Source of the DNA: a virus
DNA: 64,000 bases
Strand: one strand, 5' to 3'
Virus record (IMG/VR): IMGVR_UViG_3300050015_000276
Location: 115,688-179,687 of that record
Shown here: piece after piece, positions 10,298 to 19,299 of the stretch
Numbering within the stretch: the stretch's first letter is position 1
Layout: each line of letters begins with the position of its first letter
Notes under the pieces: model-generated
What the model was told of the DNA's origin: nothing
Seen by the model: only the letters and a program-made list of their open reading frames with translations
Databases searched by the model: none
Translations under genes and position numbers: made by a program

Positions 10298-11242
10298 ATG
10301 ATTAGATCTGAAATTATCTGGACAGAAAAGTTTAGACCACATACAATTAAAGATTGTGTTTTGCCAGAATCTTTACAACAAATTTTTCGGGCGTATGTGG
10401 ATAAAAATATTATTCCTAATATGGTGTTATCTGGTGGTCCAGGTATTGGAAAAACTACTGTGGCTCGCGCTCTATGCGATGAATTAGATGCTGATTTTTT
10501 ATATATCAACGCATCAGAAAATGGTAATATTGATACCATCCGAACTGATATCCGAGGATTTGCCTCTACGGTTAGTATGACTGGTGGACGTAAAGTTATT
10601 TTGTTGGATGAAGCTGACGGACTCACGGCTGTGGCGCAGCAGGCTCTCCGTGGTTTTATTGAAGAATTTGCAGGTAATGCCTCATTTATTTTGACTTGTA
10701 ATTTTAAAAACAAAATTATTGATGCATTACAATCAAGATGCCCTGTAATTGAATTCAAACCAACCAAAGCTGACAAACCCAAAATGGCAAGGCAAATGCA
10801 TTTGCGAGCCGTTGATATCCTCAAGAGAGAAAATATACCTTATGAGGATAAGGTCCTTGCTCAATTGATTATGAGATTCTTTCCTGATTTTAGGGAAACT
10901 ATTGGAGTACTTCAGAAATATTCGATTGTTGGAAAAATTGATTCGGGTATCATTTCTGCCCTTGATGATTTTCCAATCAAGACTCTTATGGCGTCAATGA
11001 AAGAAAAAGATTTCACCAAGGTTCGTAGATGGGTTGCAGATAATTCAGATAATGAGCCAACTAGGATTTATCGCCAATTGTTTGATGCTATGAATGATCT
11101 ATTAGAACCACGTTCTATTCCTCCTTTTGTATTGATATTAGGTGATTTTTTGGACCAAGCTAGTAGGTCATTGGACCAAGAAGTTTGTTTACTTGCTTTT
11201 CTTACAAGAATTATGATTGAAGAGGATATCAATTGGAAATGA
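10298..11242 (+). CDS. 44: Clamp loader large subunit (T4 gp44-like)
   Basis: WTEKFRP, GGPGIGKTT, LDEAD, ALQSRC, FPDFRE. Confidence 0.95.
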   Translation: MIRSEIIWTEKFRPHTIKDCVLPESLQQIFRAYVDKNIIPNMVLSGGPGIGKTTVARALCDELDADFLYINASENGNIDTIRTDIRGFASTVSMTGGRKVILLDEADGLTAVAQQALRGFIEEFAGNASFILTCNFKNKIIDALQSRCPVIEFKPTKADKPKMARQMHLRAVDILKRENIPYEDKVLAQLIMRFFPDFRETIGVLQKYSIVGKIDSGIISALDDFPIKTLMASMKEKDFTKVRRWVADNSDNEPTRIYRQLFDAMNDLLEPRSIPPFVLILGDFLDQASRSLDQEVCLLAFLTRIMIEEDINWK

Positions 11243-11430
11243 AAGAACTTCACTTGCTCAGAGATGCTATAGTAAATGCCATTGATTATATGCATCATGA
11301 CAGATTTTGTGACATAGATCAATGTGATGTTTGTACTTGCTATATGGAAAGGGCCGCCGAAGAATTGCGAATGGCATTTAATGCCGTTAATGCACAGGTA
11401 TATAAATGCCGGACCTCGGACAAATTTTAA
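11233..11430 (+). CDS. Small hypothetical protein
   Basis: ORF between genes 44 and 62. Confidence 0.45.
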   Translation: MEMKELHLLRDAIVNAIDYMHHDRFCDIDQCDVCTCYMERAAEELRMAFNAVNAQVYKCRTSDKF

Positions 11431-11819
11431 ATTCTATACACCATGTCAAGAATGATCTTTTTCGAGAAGAAGGTTCCGATCCTCAACTTGTAGAAAAAGA
11501 ATATAAAAAATTGGCATTTGTGGTAAACCGATGCCTTTCATATTTTATCGATACGGTTTTCCACGCCCAAGAAATGAACCAACGTTCTTCCTTAGATGGT
11601 AAACCACAATATCAATACCACCTTCATGCCATTAAAAAAGGCAAGAGATTTTCTAGAGGAATGAAAATTGAGAATCCGGAGAATTTGAAAATTGTAAAAG
11701 AGTATTACAATTTTTCAGATAAGAAGGCAAGAAAAGCTTTACAGATATTGTCTCCTGAAGATATTGAATTTATTAAAGCGAGATTGTATCAGGGTGGAAC
11801 TGGTAAGAAGAAAATGTGA
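11406..11819 (+). CDS. 62: Clamp loader small subunit (T4 gp62-like)
   Basis: VNRCLSYFIDT...EMN...KRFS...IVKEYYNFS..KA..AL.IL..GG. Confidence 0.9.
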   Translation: MPDLGQILNSIHHVKNDLFREEGSDPQLVEKEYKKLAFVVNRCLSYFIDTVFHAQEMNQRSSLDGKPQYQYHLHAIKKGKRFSRGMKIENPENLKIVKEYYNFSDKKARKALQILSPEDIEFIKARLYQGGTGKKKM

Positions 11820-11823
11820 ATGA

Positions 11824-11831
11824 TATAAATA
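11824..11831 (+). promoter_or_regulatory. T4-type late promoter TATAAATA upstream of regA
   Basis: Exact TATAAATA in the intergenic region. Confidence 0.55.
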
Positions 11832-11913
11832 TCCATGTACTCTTTGTGGAATATTATTGAGTCTTTCAACCTTCATTATACCATGAGGAGAATTTGACCG
11901 AAGGAATAAAGAT

Positions 11914-12327
11914 ATGTTATTTGACGATGTTGGAATTGAAATTAGATTGAAAGCCGAAGATGATTTTTTGAAGGTGAGAGAAACATTAACTCGGATTGGT
12001 ATAGCTTCAAGAAAAGAACCAAAATTATTTCAATCGGCACATATATTACACAAGCAGGGTAGATATAAGATTCTCCATTTTAAGGAACTTTTTAAGTTAG
12101 ATGGTAAACCTACAAATTTATCCGAAGAAGATATTGCACGGCGCAATACCATTGCAAATTTATTGGGCGATTGGGGTTTAGTAGTATTGTTAGATCCCGA
12201 AAAATCGGCTGCTCCTGTTGTATCTATTAACGTTTTAAAAATAGTATCCTTTAAGGATAAAGTAAATTGGGAATTGGTTCCGAAGTATAACATTGGTCGT
12301 AAAAAAGTTATTTTGAATGTGTCATAA
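11914..12327 (+). CDS. regA: RegA translational repressor
   Basis: DDFLKVRETLTRIGIASRK...HILHKQGRY.I.HFKELF.LDGK...RRNTIA.LL.DWGL. Confidence 0.97.
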   Translation: MLFDDVGIEIRLKAEDDFLKVRETLTRIGIASRKEPKLFQSAHILHKQGRYKILHFKELFKLDGKPTNLSEEDIARRNTIANLLGDWGLVVLLDPEKSAAPVVSINVLKIVSFKDKVNWELVPKYNIGRKKVILNVS

Positions 12328-12371
12328 AATAAAACTAGACATTTGTGTATTATTGTGATAAGCTAGATATT

Positions 12372-13106
12372 ATGAAACACCCAAAAGATCTATTACGAAA
12401 TAGTAAGGTTTTATTTCATTGGATTGAATCTAAGGTTGGCCAACCTTGGAATAATGTATATTCTGAATTGTGTTCTCTTGCAGATATGCGGAGTAAGGTT
12501 GGCCAAACTCTTCGTGGCCAGATAGGTTGGACTGTCGAAATTAATGTTTTTATTGGTGATGATGATAAGGCATATTCTCAAAAAACTGGTTATCCTGTCA
12601 GGAATTTCTACGTTCATCCCAAAACTGGGATCCTTTGTTCTCCTTTGAAAGTTGTTTATAAACCAAAACCCAAAAAGATTGAGAGTGTATTTTGGTATAG
12701 TATTAATTCCAAAGGAAGTGTTTGTTTTGAATCGGTAACTTTTGATCGTCCAGCTAAATGTGGATGTGTTCACTACAAACCTAAAATGGATATTAAAGAA
12801 AGATATTCCGATTTTAATGCTAAACCTAAGATTTGTATCCATGGTAATGAAGCTTCGAAGGAAACTATTTGGTATGTTGTAGAATATGGAGAACATGATC
12901 CGGACGATGTTTATAAAATTTATTCTTATGAGACTTGTGAAAATGATTACGGTTTTCGCTTTTTTTATGGTTTGAAAAAACCGGGAGATAAATTTGTAGT
13001 TTATTATCGTGATAATCCAAACGCCCAACGCCGATATGAGATTCATAGGAAACAGGCGAATCATAAAGAATTGTTAGTACTGCGGCAGTTGATAAATAAA
13101 TTGTGA
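12372..13106 (+). CDS. Hypothetical protein
   Basis: Long ORF; VGQPWNNVYSE...FYVHPKTGIL. Confidence 0.7.
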   Translation: MKHPKDLLRNSKVLFHWIESKVGQPWNNVYSELCSLADMRSKVGQTLRGQIGWTVEINVFIGDDDKAYSQKTGYPVRNFYVHPKTGILCSPLKVVYKPKPKKIESVFWYSINSKGSVCFESVTFDRPAKCGCVHYKPKMDIKERYSDFNAKPKICIHGNEASKETIWYVVEYGEHDPDDVYKIYSYETCENDYGFRFFYGLKKPGDKFVVYYRDNPNAQRRYEIHRKQANHKELLVLRQLINKL

Positions 13107-13113
13107 GAGATAG

Positions 13114-13314
13114 ATGCGGCAATTAAACGAAGCATTAGAATTAGAACAGGAAAATGATAAGTACCGAGAAACTCTGTATTTATTGAAATCGGAAATTGCA
13201 AGAATCCGTAGTGAGTATTTTCTTGGAGCTATAATTTTGAATGAAATGGCAATTGAAGAAATTGATGAAGAATTGGAAACAGTTGCTTTGTCAATTGAAA
13301 ACGTTTTGTTTTAA
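13114..13314 (+). CDS. Hypothetical protein
   Basis: Short acidic ORF in operon. Confidence 0.55.
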   Translation: MRQLNEALELEQENDKYRETLYLLKSEIARIRSEYFLGAIILNEMAIEEIDEELETVALSIENVLF

Positions 13315-13331
13315 CATTTAAGGATATTATT

Positions 13332-14237
13332 ATGCTCAATGTGAAAGGTCCAGAAGGTGATCTTGGAGTTATAATTGCAAGATTTCAAACTCCAGTACTT
13401 ACACCAGCACACCGAGAATTGATTGATACTGTTAGGTCTCGCCATAAGAAATTTATCATTATTCTTGGTGTGTCTCCGGTTTGTCCATCAACTAAAAATC
13501 CATTTGATTTTTCTACGAGATACCAGTTAATTCAGGAATCTTATCCCACTGTGGCCATCATTCCAATACAAGATGTTCGTTCTGATAAAATGTGGTCTGA
13601 TAATTTGGATCAACTTATCCGAGGAATTTATTCGTATGAGAAAGTTGTTTTGTATGGATCTAGGGATTCTTTTATTACGCATTATAAAGGAAAGTTTATT
13701 ACAGTAGATTTAGAGGCATTTGGAGATTTTGCCAGTACGAAAGCTCGTCAGGATGCATTTCATGATATTCGTTCTACTGAGGATTTTCGTAGAGGAATTT
13801 GTTATGCTGCGGCCAACCAATATAGGAAGAATATTCTTTGTGTTGATGTTGCCGTAATTAAACAAGAACAAGTTCTTTTAGGACGAAAAAATGAAGACGG
13901 CGAACTTTGGCGTTTTCTTGGTGGACACGTTAATGCTAATGAAACTGCCGAAACTACCGCGCGCCGAGAAGCATCAGAGGAAGCTGGAGGTATAGGTTTA
14001 GGAAATATCAATTATATAGGAAGTACTCATATTGATGATTGGAGATATTCGGGAATTGATGATGGAATCTTCACAATGTTTTTTGCAGCAGATTATCAAT
14101 TTGGTCAGGTTAAAGGAACTGATGATATTGATATTGTGAAGTGGTTTAATTTTTATGATTTACAATATACTATGTTTGTTCCGGAACATATAATTCTATA
14201 CCAGATGTTTATGAAATATTTGAAAGGTCGAAAGTAA
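13332..14237 (+). CDS. nadM: Bifunctional NMN adenylyltransferase / Nudix hydrolase (NadM-Nudix/NatV-like)
   Basis: ARFQ...H nucleotidyltransferase N-terminus, NPFDF; Nudix box GG-x5-E-x7-RE-x2-EE-x-G. Confidence 0.88.
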   Translation: MLNVKGPEGDLGVIIARFQTPVLTPAHRELIDTVRSRHKKFIIILGVSPVCPSTKNPFDFSTRYQLIQESYPTVAIIPIQDVRSDKMWSDNLDQLIRGIYSYEKVVLYGSRDSFITHYKGKFITVDLEAFGDFASTKARQDAFHDIRSTEDFRRGICYAAANQYRKNILCVDVAVIKQEQVLLGRKNEDGELWRFLGGHVNANETAETTARREASEEAGGIGLGNINYIGSTHIDDWRYSGIDDGIFTMFFAADYQFGQVKGTDDIDIVKWFNFYDLQYTMFVPEHIILYQMFMKYLKGRK

Positions 14238-14239
14238 TT

Positions 14240-15718
14240 ATGATTACAATTGAAAATTTCTCCGATATTTACCCACTCGCTTATGAACTTCTGGTAAATG
14301 TTATTATTGATTCAGATAGTTATAAGACTAGTCACTGGAAACAGTATCCTCCGGATACACAATATATTGTTAGTTATTTGGAAAGTCGCGGAGGCCGATT
14401 TGCAAAAACTCGGCAATTTGGTTTCCAGTATATTATTAAGAATCAGTTTTGTGGAATTACTGTTACACATGAAATGATTGATGTTGCCAAGTTTATTATT
14501 GTTCAGCATATGGGTGGTATTCCTGAATATTTTAATGAATCTGGTTGGCGATATATTGTTGATCATTGTGGTGGTAAGTTACCAATTTCAATTAAAATTA
14601 TTCCTGAAGGATATTTGGTTGAAGTTCACAATGCGCTTGCGGTAATGACTAATACGGATCCTCATTGTTATTGGTTGGTAAATTATCTTGAGACAGCATT
14701 TCATCGCGTATGGTATCCAATTACTGTATGTACTCTCAGTTCTGAAATTCGACAAGTGATCTTGGAATTTTTGACTAAATCTGGAACTCCAGAACTTATT
14801 GATTTCATGTTGCAGGATTTTGGTAGTCGTGGTGTGTCGTGCCGCGAGGAAGCTATGATCGGCGCGGCCGCTCATGCTGTTAATTTTCGTGGTAGTGATA
14901 CTATGATAGCAATTCCAATGCTTATGAAATATTATAATGCATCTAAAATGCCACTTTTTAGTGTTCCTGCTTCAGAGCATAGTACGATGACCTCATGGGG
15001 AAAAGATAATGAGGTTGATGCTGTAGAAAATATGTTGGATAGTTATCCTAGTGGTATTGTATCTATTGTCGGAGACTCTTTTGATATTTACAATTTTTGT
15101 AAAGTTATTCTAGGACAGAAACTTTACAAAAAAGTAATCAATCGGAGGGGTGTTGTTGTAGTTCGTCCTGATTCTGGAGAACCATGTGAAGTAGTTCCTA
15201 AATTGCTTGAAATTCTTTCTGATGCTTTTGGTTATGAAACGAATGAGAAAGGATATAAAATTCTTCCGCATTTTATTCGCATTCTGCAAGGTGACGGAAT
15301 GAACTTTCATACTCTTCGCCGATTGTGCGTCACAATTACTGATTTGGGATGGTCACTTGATAATATGGCTTGTTTTGGTATGGGTGGCAAGTTACTTAGA
15401 GGAGTGGATCGGGATACACAGAAGTTTGCTTTTAAGTGTTGTGCTATTAATCGTGATGGAGAGTGGTTTGAAGTCTATAAAGATCCCATTACAGATCCTG
15501 GTAAGACCTCTATCCGAGGTATTCCATATGTAACATATCGTTTTGGTTCTGGATTTAAAACTCATACCACACTTGATCCAACACCTCAATATGGAAATCG
15601 TCTTGTTGAAATTTACCGAGATGGTGAAATGATTAAGGAAACTACATTTGATGAAGTGCTAAAGAATGCGGCATTGGAAGATTACAGTATTCTTGTTAGC
15701 GACAAATATGGTAAGTAG
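14240..15718 (+). CDS. nadV: Nicotinamide phosphoribosyltransferase (NAMPT/NadV)
   Basis: DSYKTSHW.QYP, DFGSRG, GSDT, PASEHS, SIVGDSFD, RPDSG, QGDG, FGMGG, KDPITD. Confidence 0.95.
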   Translation: MITIENFSDIYPLAYELLVNVIIDSDSYKTSHWKQYPPDTQYIVSYLESRGGRFAKTRQFGFQYIIKNQFCGITVTHEMIDVAKFIIVQHMGGIPEYFNESGWRYIVDHCGGKLPISIKIIPEGYLVEVHNALAVMTNTDPHCYWLVNYLETAFHRVWYPITVCTLSSEIRQVILEFLTKSGTPELIDFMLQDFGSRGVSCREEAMIGAAAHAVNFRGSDTMIAIPMLMKYYNASKMPLFSVPASEHSTMTSWGKDNEVDAVENMLDSYPSGIVSIVGDSFDIYNFCKVILGQKLYKKVINRRGVVVVRPDSGEPCEVVPKLLEILSDAFGYETNEKGYKILPHFIRILQGDGMNFHTLRRLCVTITDLGWSLDNMACFGMGGKLLRGVDRDTQKFAFKCCAINRDGEWFEVYKDPITDPGKTSIRGIPYVTYRFGSGFKTHTTLDPTPQYGNRLVEIYRDGEMIKETTFDEVLKNAALEDYSILVSDKYGK

Positions 15719-15724
15719 ATAATT

Positions 15725-15760
15725 TAGCGGCTTGGCCTCACGGTCTGGCCGCTATTTTAT
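15725..15760 (+). terminator. Rho-independent terminator-like hairpin after nadV
   Basis: TAGCGGC...GCCGCTA followed by TTTTAT. Confidence 0.6.
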
Positions 15761-15782
15761 ATTCAGAAGACTTTTAAATACT

Positions 15783-15876
15783 CGATCCCTGCGATTCCCA
15801 GACGATCCTAGAGGGGTTCAGTACAGGGTACGTGGTTTGGGGTGGGGTAAGTACTTAACCCTTCAAAAGGAATGCA
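15783..15876 (+). repeat. Dispersed ~94-bp structured repeat, copy 1
   Basis: Matches 54076-54168 with 2 substitutions and a 1-nt indel. Confidence 0.95.
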
Positions 15877-15887
15877 GAACCAAAAAC

Positions 15888-15916
15888 TTGACATTCTAAT
15901 TGCGATGTGTTATTCT
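15888..15916 (+). promoter_or_regulatory. sigma70-like early promoter
   Basis: TTGACA-17nt-TATTCT. Confidence 0.7.
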
Positions 15917-15925
15917 TATATTGAT

Positions 15926-16144
15926 ATGACTAACGCACAAAAATTACTTAAGAGGCTCGAATGGTCTGATAGGAAACAAGGGCAAGGATATGGTTATATG
16001 GGTTCCGGAAATGATGGTCCAATATTTCCAGCTTGTCCTATTTGTAATGGTGCTAAACCTGGTACCGGTGCTGAAAAAGAATTTAGTTCTGGAATAGGAC
16101 ATACCGTACGTTGCGTTCTTAAAAAAGAATTGGAAAAGGTATAA
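15926..16144 (+). CDS. Hypothetical protein
   Basis: ATG downstream of promoter; CPIC...H...C. Confidence 0.6.
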   Translation: MTNAQKLLKRLEWSDRKQGQGYGYMGSGNDGPIFPACPICNGAKPGTGAEKEFSSGIGHTVRCVLKKELEKV

Positions 16145-16148
16145 TATT

Positions 16149-17159
16149 ATGAGTGATCATAAATGCGAAATCGTGCCAGTGGTTCTTGAGAAGCATCCAA
16201 ATGCTGATACTTTGAGTGTGGTCCGTGTGTTTGATGGATATACGGTTATTGTGAGGACTGCTGATTGGGAAGGAATTTCTCAGGGTGTTTATCTTCCTCC
16301 CGATACTGTGGTTCCTGATACTGAGCAATTCAAATTCCTTGAAGGACACCTTAGAATTAAAGCCAAGAAACTCCGTGGTATTGAAAGTTACGGAATGTTG
16401 GTTCCTGTGCCGTGGAATGCTTCTGGTGATGATATTATTGAATATCATATTGGTGATGATCTTGCAGAAGTGATGGTAATGCAGCATTACGAACCGGAAC
16501 TATCATCGTTCCTTAAGTCTGCTATGGGCAATGCTGGTGATCCTCCGCCAATCCAGGGCAGTATTTACGATATGGAAAACTGGCGCAAATACAAGAATGA
16601 ATTTGTTAGTGGGGAAGAAGTTGTAATTAGCGAAAAGATTCACGGAACAAATTCACGATACACTTACCAGAATGGACGAATGTATTGTGGATCTCATCGT
16701 ACATGGAAGAAACAGGAAGTAGATGATTCTAAGAAAAATCTATACTGGGACATCCTTAAGTCTCACCCATGGGTTGAGGCATTTTGTCGATTGAATCCAG
16801 GTTTTATTCTTTATGGAGAGATTTTTGGTGCAGTTCAGAAAGGTTTTAATTATGGATCAACTCAAGACAACCCTTACCAGTTTCGCGCTTTTGATGTCTT
16901 CGCCGAGGGGCGTTTTCTGGATTATGATAATGCTCTTGGGGGTGCCAAGTCTGATTTCTTGGTTCCCGTCCTCTACCGTGGCCCATATTCTCATGACATT
17001 GTTGCAAAGTATATGAATGGTAGGGACAGTATTAGTAATACACATATCAGGGAAGGAATTGTTGTAAAGCCAACAGTGGAAAGATATAGTCCAAGACTTC
17101 ATGGACGTGTTATTCTTAAATGTGTTTCGATGGATTATCTTTCTCAAAAAGGAAAATAA
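16149..17159 (+). CDS. RNA ligase (Rnl2/DRB0094-like, with N-terminal OB/tRNA-binding-like domain)
   Basis: HPNADTL, SEKIHGTN (KxHG motif I), YGEIFG, FRAFDV, REGIVVKP, LKCVS. Confidence 0.88.
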   Translation: MSDHKCEIVPVVLEKHPNADTLSVVRVFDGYTVIVRTADWEGISQGVYLPPDTVVPDTEQFKFLEGHLRIKAKKLRGIESYGMLVPVPWNASGDDIIEYHIGDDLAEVMVMQHYEPELSSFLKSAMGNAGDPPPIQGSIYDMENWRKYKNEFVSGEEVVISEKIHGTNSRYTYQNGRMYCGSHRTWKKQEVDDSKKNLYWDILKSHPWVEAFCRLNPGFILYGEIFGAVQKGFNYGSTQDNPYQFRAFDVFAEGRFLDYDNALGGAKSDFLVPVLYRGPYSHDIVAKYMNGRDSISNTHIREGIVVKPTVERYSPRLHGRVILKCVSMDYLSQKGK

Positions 17160-17160
17160 A

Positions 17161-17415
17161 ATGCAAATTGTATATAACGGTGATATTAGGTATAGCCAAG
17201 AACTGGCTACAAGTTTAAAACCAGGAACAGTTTTTTGCGGAAAATTTGATAATGGATATTATAATTGTGATAGCACATATATGATTGTGAATCCCACGGA
17301 TGGTTCCAATGGTTGTGATATTATTGTTGATCTTGTAACTGGTGTAGGAACAACAGCAAAAGGTAAAATGATCAAAAATTTGAGGATCTTGGATGCTTGT
17401 CTTACGGTGAAATAA
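17161..17415 (+). CDS. Hypothetical protein
   Basis: ATG 2 nt after the ligase stop. Confidence 0.55.
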   Translation: MQIVYNGDIRYSQELATSLKPGTVFCGKFDNGYYNCDSTYMIVNPTDGSNGCDIIVDLVTGVGTTAKGKMIKNLRILDACLTVK

Positions 17416-17774
17416 TGCCTAAAAAGAAGACCAGAGTCCAACAAAGAATTGAGGCCGTAAGAGCAAAGGCTCGTCAGTGGACATTTGAAACTTCTGGAAC
17501 TTATACTCTTGGTGGTGATTCTAATTTTGTTGGTAAGGTGAAAGATGAAAATGGAAAGATTGTTCTTATAATTAGAGAAGATCCTATTTATAACCAACTT
17601 TCTTTTCTTTTTAAAGTTACTAAGTATATGGATGATTTAAATGATATGCGCGGCCTGGCCGCATATCTTTGGGACCGAAACCTTATACCTTTGTCAAAAG
17701 AAGAAAAAGAAGAGTGGAAAAAGAAAATAAAACATTCTTCTCCTATTGACATTAAGCATGTAGTTGTTGTATAA
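17415..17774 (+). CDS. Hypothetical protein
   Basis: Overlapping stop/start (TAATG). Confidence 0.6.
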   Translation: MPKKKTRVQQRIEAVRAKARQWTFETSGTYTLGGDSNFVGKVKDENGKIVLIIREDPIYNQLSFLFKVTKYMDDLNDMRGLAAYLWDRNLIPLSKEEKEEWKKKIKHSSPIDIKHVVVV

Positions 17775-17775
17775 T
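17746..17775 (+). promoter_or_regulatory. sigma70-like early promoter
   Basis: TTGACA-18nt-TATAAT. Confidence 0.7.
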
Positions 17776-17782
17776 AGTAAAG

Positions 17783-18040
17783 ATGATACAAGAAACAAGA
17801 GTAATTTGTAAGGCTTGTGCCACTGGTAATGATAAACATCCCCATAGCGGGGATACAAGAACTTGTATAAACGGTAGATCCGAGTATATTAGGAATTTAC
17901 CGGCCAACCAACAAGTAACACAATTGATGATTCAAGAGAGAATACCAGTATCGATGGGCAAGTTTATAACGGATCTTGCCAAGGAGAGAAAGAAAACTCC
18001 TTGGGAGATTATTGTAGAGGAAGGATTGAATTTACTATGA
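17783..18040 (+). CDS. Hypothetical protein
   Basis: ORF downstream of promoter. Confidence 0.55.
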   Translation: MIQETRVICKACATGNDKHPHSGDTRTCINGRSEYIRNLPANQQVTQLMIQERIPVSMGKFITDLAKERKKTPWEIIVEEGLNLL

Positions 18041-18255
18041 GTGTGAGAAAGAAAGCTAACCAATTACGTATTGGTGATAAGATCCTTGGAAATACAAATT
18101 ATTACAAGGTTATGTCAGTTCGTAATAGTGCAATGACAGGAAGTACATATCCAGTTATTGAAGTAGAAGATATGTTTGGAAATAAACAGACAATTGAGAC
18201 TGGTGCAAATGAGAAGTTCCAGGATCATTTGTATGAGGTTGAACCAGTAGGTTAA
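18037..18255 (+). CDS. Hypothetical small beta-rich protein
   Basis: Overlapping ATGA junction. Confidence 0.55.
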   Translation: MSVRKKANQLRIGDKILGNTNYYKVMSVRNSAMTGSTYPVIEVEDMFGNKQTIETGANEKFQDHLYEVEPVG

Positions 18256-18260
18256 TATAT

Positions 18261-18354
18261 GGAGAGGTGGCAGAGTCCGGTTTATTGCGCTAGCCTCGAA
18301 AGCTAGAGAACCCTTCTGAGGGTTCCGTGCGTTCAAATCGCACCCTCTCCGCCA
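18261..18354 (+). tRNA. tRNA-Ser(CGA)
   Basis: GGAGAGG/CCTCTCC, loop CTCGAAA, long variable arm, GCCA end. Confidence 0.92.
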
Positions 18355-18355
18355 T

Positions 18356-18434
18356 GCCGGCGTATCCCCTCTGCCTTCTAAGCAGACGAAAGGGTAATTG
18401 GAACATGTGAGTTCGACTCTCACCGTCGGTTCCA
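18356..18434 (+). ncRNA. Non-canonical tRNA-like RNA with an Arg(TCT) anticodon hairpin
   Basis: Acceptor GCCGGCG/CGTCGGT, T-arm GTGAG-TTCGACT-CTCAC, CCA end; hairpin TCTGC-CTTCTAA-GCAGA; no D-arm in the normal position. Confidence 0.75.
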
Positions 18435-18506
18435 AATTTTATGAACAATGTCGTTTAAAAGTAGGATATCATGGTTCTCTGTGTGGGTTCATGAACCACG
18501 CAGAAC

Positions 18507-18593
18507 AAGAATAGGTGGTGGGTGGCGAGCGGTTGACCAGTGACCGGTGGAAGCCGGTATCACACAACGGACGAGGCTTAGGCATCTATTCTT
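18507..18593 (+). ncRNA. Candidate structured leader RNA
   Basis: 11-bp closing stem AAGAATAGGTG/CATCTATTCTT ending just before RBS GGAGGA; internal CGGTT/GACCG and AAGCC/GGCTT pairings. Confidence 0.5.
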
Positions 18594-18604
18594 TGGAGGA
18601 ATAA

Positions 18605-19024
18605 ATGAGTAAATTGTATAGTTTTACAAATATGTACCTTTCCGATATTCAGAAGGGTATCCAGACAGCGCATCTTCTCAATGAATTTTGGAAAAAATAC
18701 GCATATACGGAAACACTTGGATCTGAAATGCTTACTAATTGGTCTTGTTTGGGCTCAACCATTATCATGTTAAATGGTGGTAATTGTGTGAATTTGAATA
18801 GAATTTCAGATCTTTTTCGTGATGTACGTAATAATTATCCATGGGCATACTTCGAGGAAGAAGCTCTTTATTATTCTCCAACGGCTGTAGGAATTATTCT
18901 TCCGGAAAATTTTAGTACTGCGGAAGATCGAACTGCAAGAATTGCCATGAAATGTTATAATTATCCAAATTTGTTAATGTATGCAAAATTGGCCGAATTG
19001 TTAAATAATTCCTCATTGGCTTGA
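18605..19024 (+). CDS. Conserved phage protein, possible PTH2 (peptidyl-tRNA hydrolase 2)-like fold
   Basis: GIQTAH...TIIML.GG...YPWAYF.E...TAVGIILP; strong RBS. Confidence 0.55.
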   Translation: MSKLYSFTNMYLSDIQKGIQTAHLLNEFWKKYAYTETLGSEMLTNWSCLGSTIIMLNGGNCVNLNRISDLFRDVRNNYPWAYFEEEALYYSPTAVGIILPENFSTAEDRTARIAMKCYNYPNLLMYAKLAELLNNSSLA

Positions 19025-19123
19025 TTTATAAATATATGAGTGAAACATAGATATTGATTCGGTAGCTTTCTTTCATATTAAAGTTATTGAAAAAATTGGT
19101 TTAACAATATCTGAATTGCAATT

Positions 19124-19201
19124 GGCGCTTTAGCTCATCATTGGAAGAGCAAGAATCTTTTAAATTCGAGGTGTCCGGTTCGAGTCCGGAAGGCGCCACC
19201 A
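19124..19201 (+). tRNA. tRNA-Lys(TTT)
   Basis: GGCGCTT/AGGCGCC, loop CTTTTAA, ACCA end. Confidence 0.9.
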
Positions 19202-19211
19202 AAATTTCTTG

Positions 19212-19240
19212 TTGACATTGTTGTGAAATTGTGATACTCT
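19212..19240 (+). promoter_or_regulatory. sigma70-like early promoter
   Basis: TTGACA-17nt-TACTCT. Confidence 0.6.
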
Positions 19241-19299
19241 ATATTAGAGCGTAGAAATTACTACGTATCGAAATTGTACCAAATAAAAGGACAAATATT

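Noticed and set aside
12411-13064. 217-aa minus-strand ORF (and the many other antisense ORFs in the track)
   Set aside because: Shadows of + strand genes with no recognisable motifs or own promoters.
15831-15860. Resemblance of the repeat loop (CGTGG-TTTGGG...GTAAGTA) to the pistol ribozyme 5' end
   Set aside because: The complementary CCACG strand of P1 is absent (GTGGG instead) and no CCCAAA pseudoknot partner follows.
18445-18506. Degenerate tRNA-like sequence (GTCGTTTAAAAGTAGGA...GTGGGTTCATGAACCAC)
   Set aside because: D-arm-like and T-arm-like fragments only; no acceptor stem or anticodon arm could be built.
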